A stretch of DNA of 64,000 nt. Origin: Sphaerodactylus townsendi (lineage: Eukaryota). Both the position numbers and the translations under genes were made by a program. Below the pieces are notes generated by a model that saw only the letters and a list, made by a program, of their open reading frames with translations, ran no database searches and was not told where the DNA came from. The stretch spans positions 49,662,001-49,726,000 of the forward strand of contig NC_059430.1 in NCBI RefSeq assembly GCF_021028975.2. Reading direction: 5' to 3'. Positions 63,787 through 64,000 of this stretch are shown piece after piece. Each line of letters begins with the position of its first letter. The first letter of the stretch is position 1.

Positions 63787-64000
63787 GGGGCCCTTTCCGC
63801 ACGGATTATTTACAGTGGCCCAGGGACGGCAAAAACGCTGTCCCTGGGCAGCTGTTCGCACAGGCAGCGCTGCTGCAACGCAGCATTGCTGTCCTGTGCG
63901 GCGCCGAGCGGCGTGAAGGCGCCGCTTTCCACCTCCCTTCCCGAGGGAGTTTTTGGAAAGCGCCACCTTCCCATCTGCACGGTGCGAACCGCACCGCGCC
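63787..64000. mobile_element. Left end of young CpG-rich Harbinger-like element (runs off window)
   Basis: Starts GGGGCCCTTTCCGCAC, like the 3807 terminus, with an abrupt switch to CpG-rich sequence. Confidence 0.6.

Noticed and set aside
1-64000. CRISPR array, operon or endogenous viral ORF
   Set aside because: Vertebrate repeat landscape; no regularly spaced repeat-spacer array and no viral protein motif that I could recognise. A BLASTX search would be needed to exclude decayed viral elements.

Overview
This is vertebrate non-coding DNA, most likely from a squamate reptile and probably a gecko, judging from the repeat content. I recognise no intact protein-coding gene, tRNA or rRNA gene. 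Nearly all ORF-track entries are chance frames or transposon fragments. Retroelement debris includes a Penelope GIY-YIG end, L1, CR1, L2 and RTEX-like LINE fragments, tRNA- and 5S-derived SINEs and a probable CpG-rich solo LTR. DNA elements include many hAT MITEs with 8-bp TSDs, Harbinger-like and Tc2-like MITEs, and a complete non-autonomous Helitron (48274-49309). There is a 205-N gap at 40411-40615. The most notable observations are: (1) a palindromic hAT MITE at 31.7 kb that has copied 39 bp of L2 flank plus a diagnostic deletion junction from a sister copy 7.1 kb away; (2) lesions ending at the palindrome centre in four of five copies of that MITE; (3) a composite hAT element carrying a near-consensus CTCF motif and long hairpins; (4) a weak, phase-consistent minus-strand spliced ORF at 8.4-16.4 kb that may be chance. 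Repeat family names come from motif recognition, not database searches.
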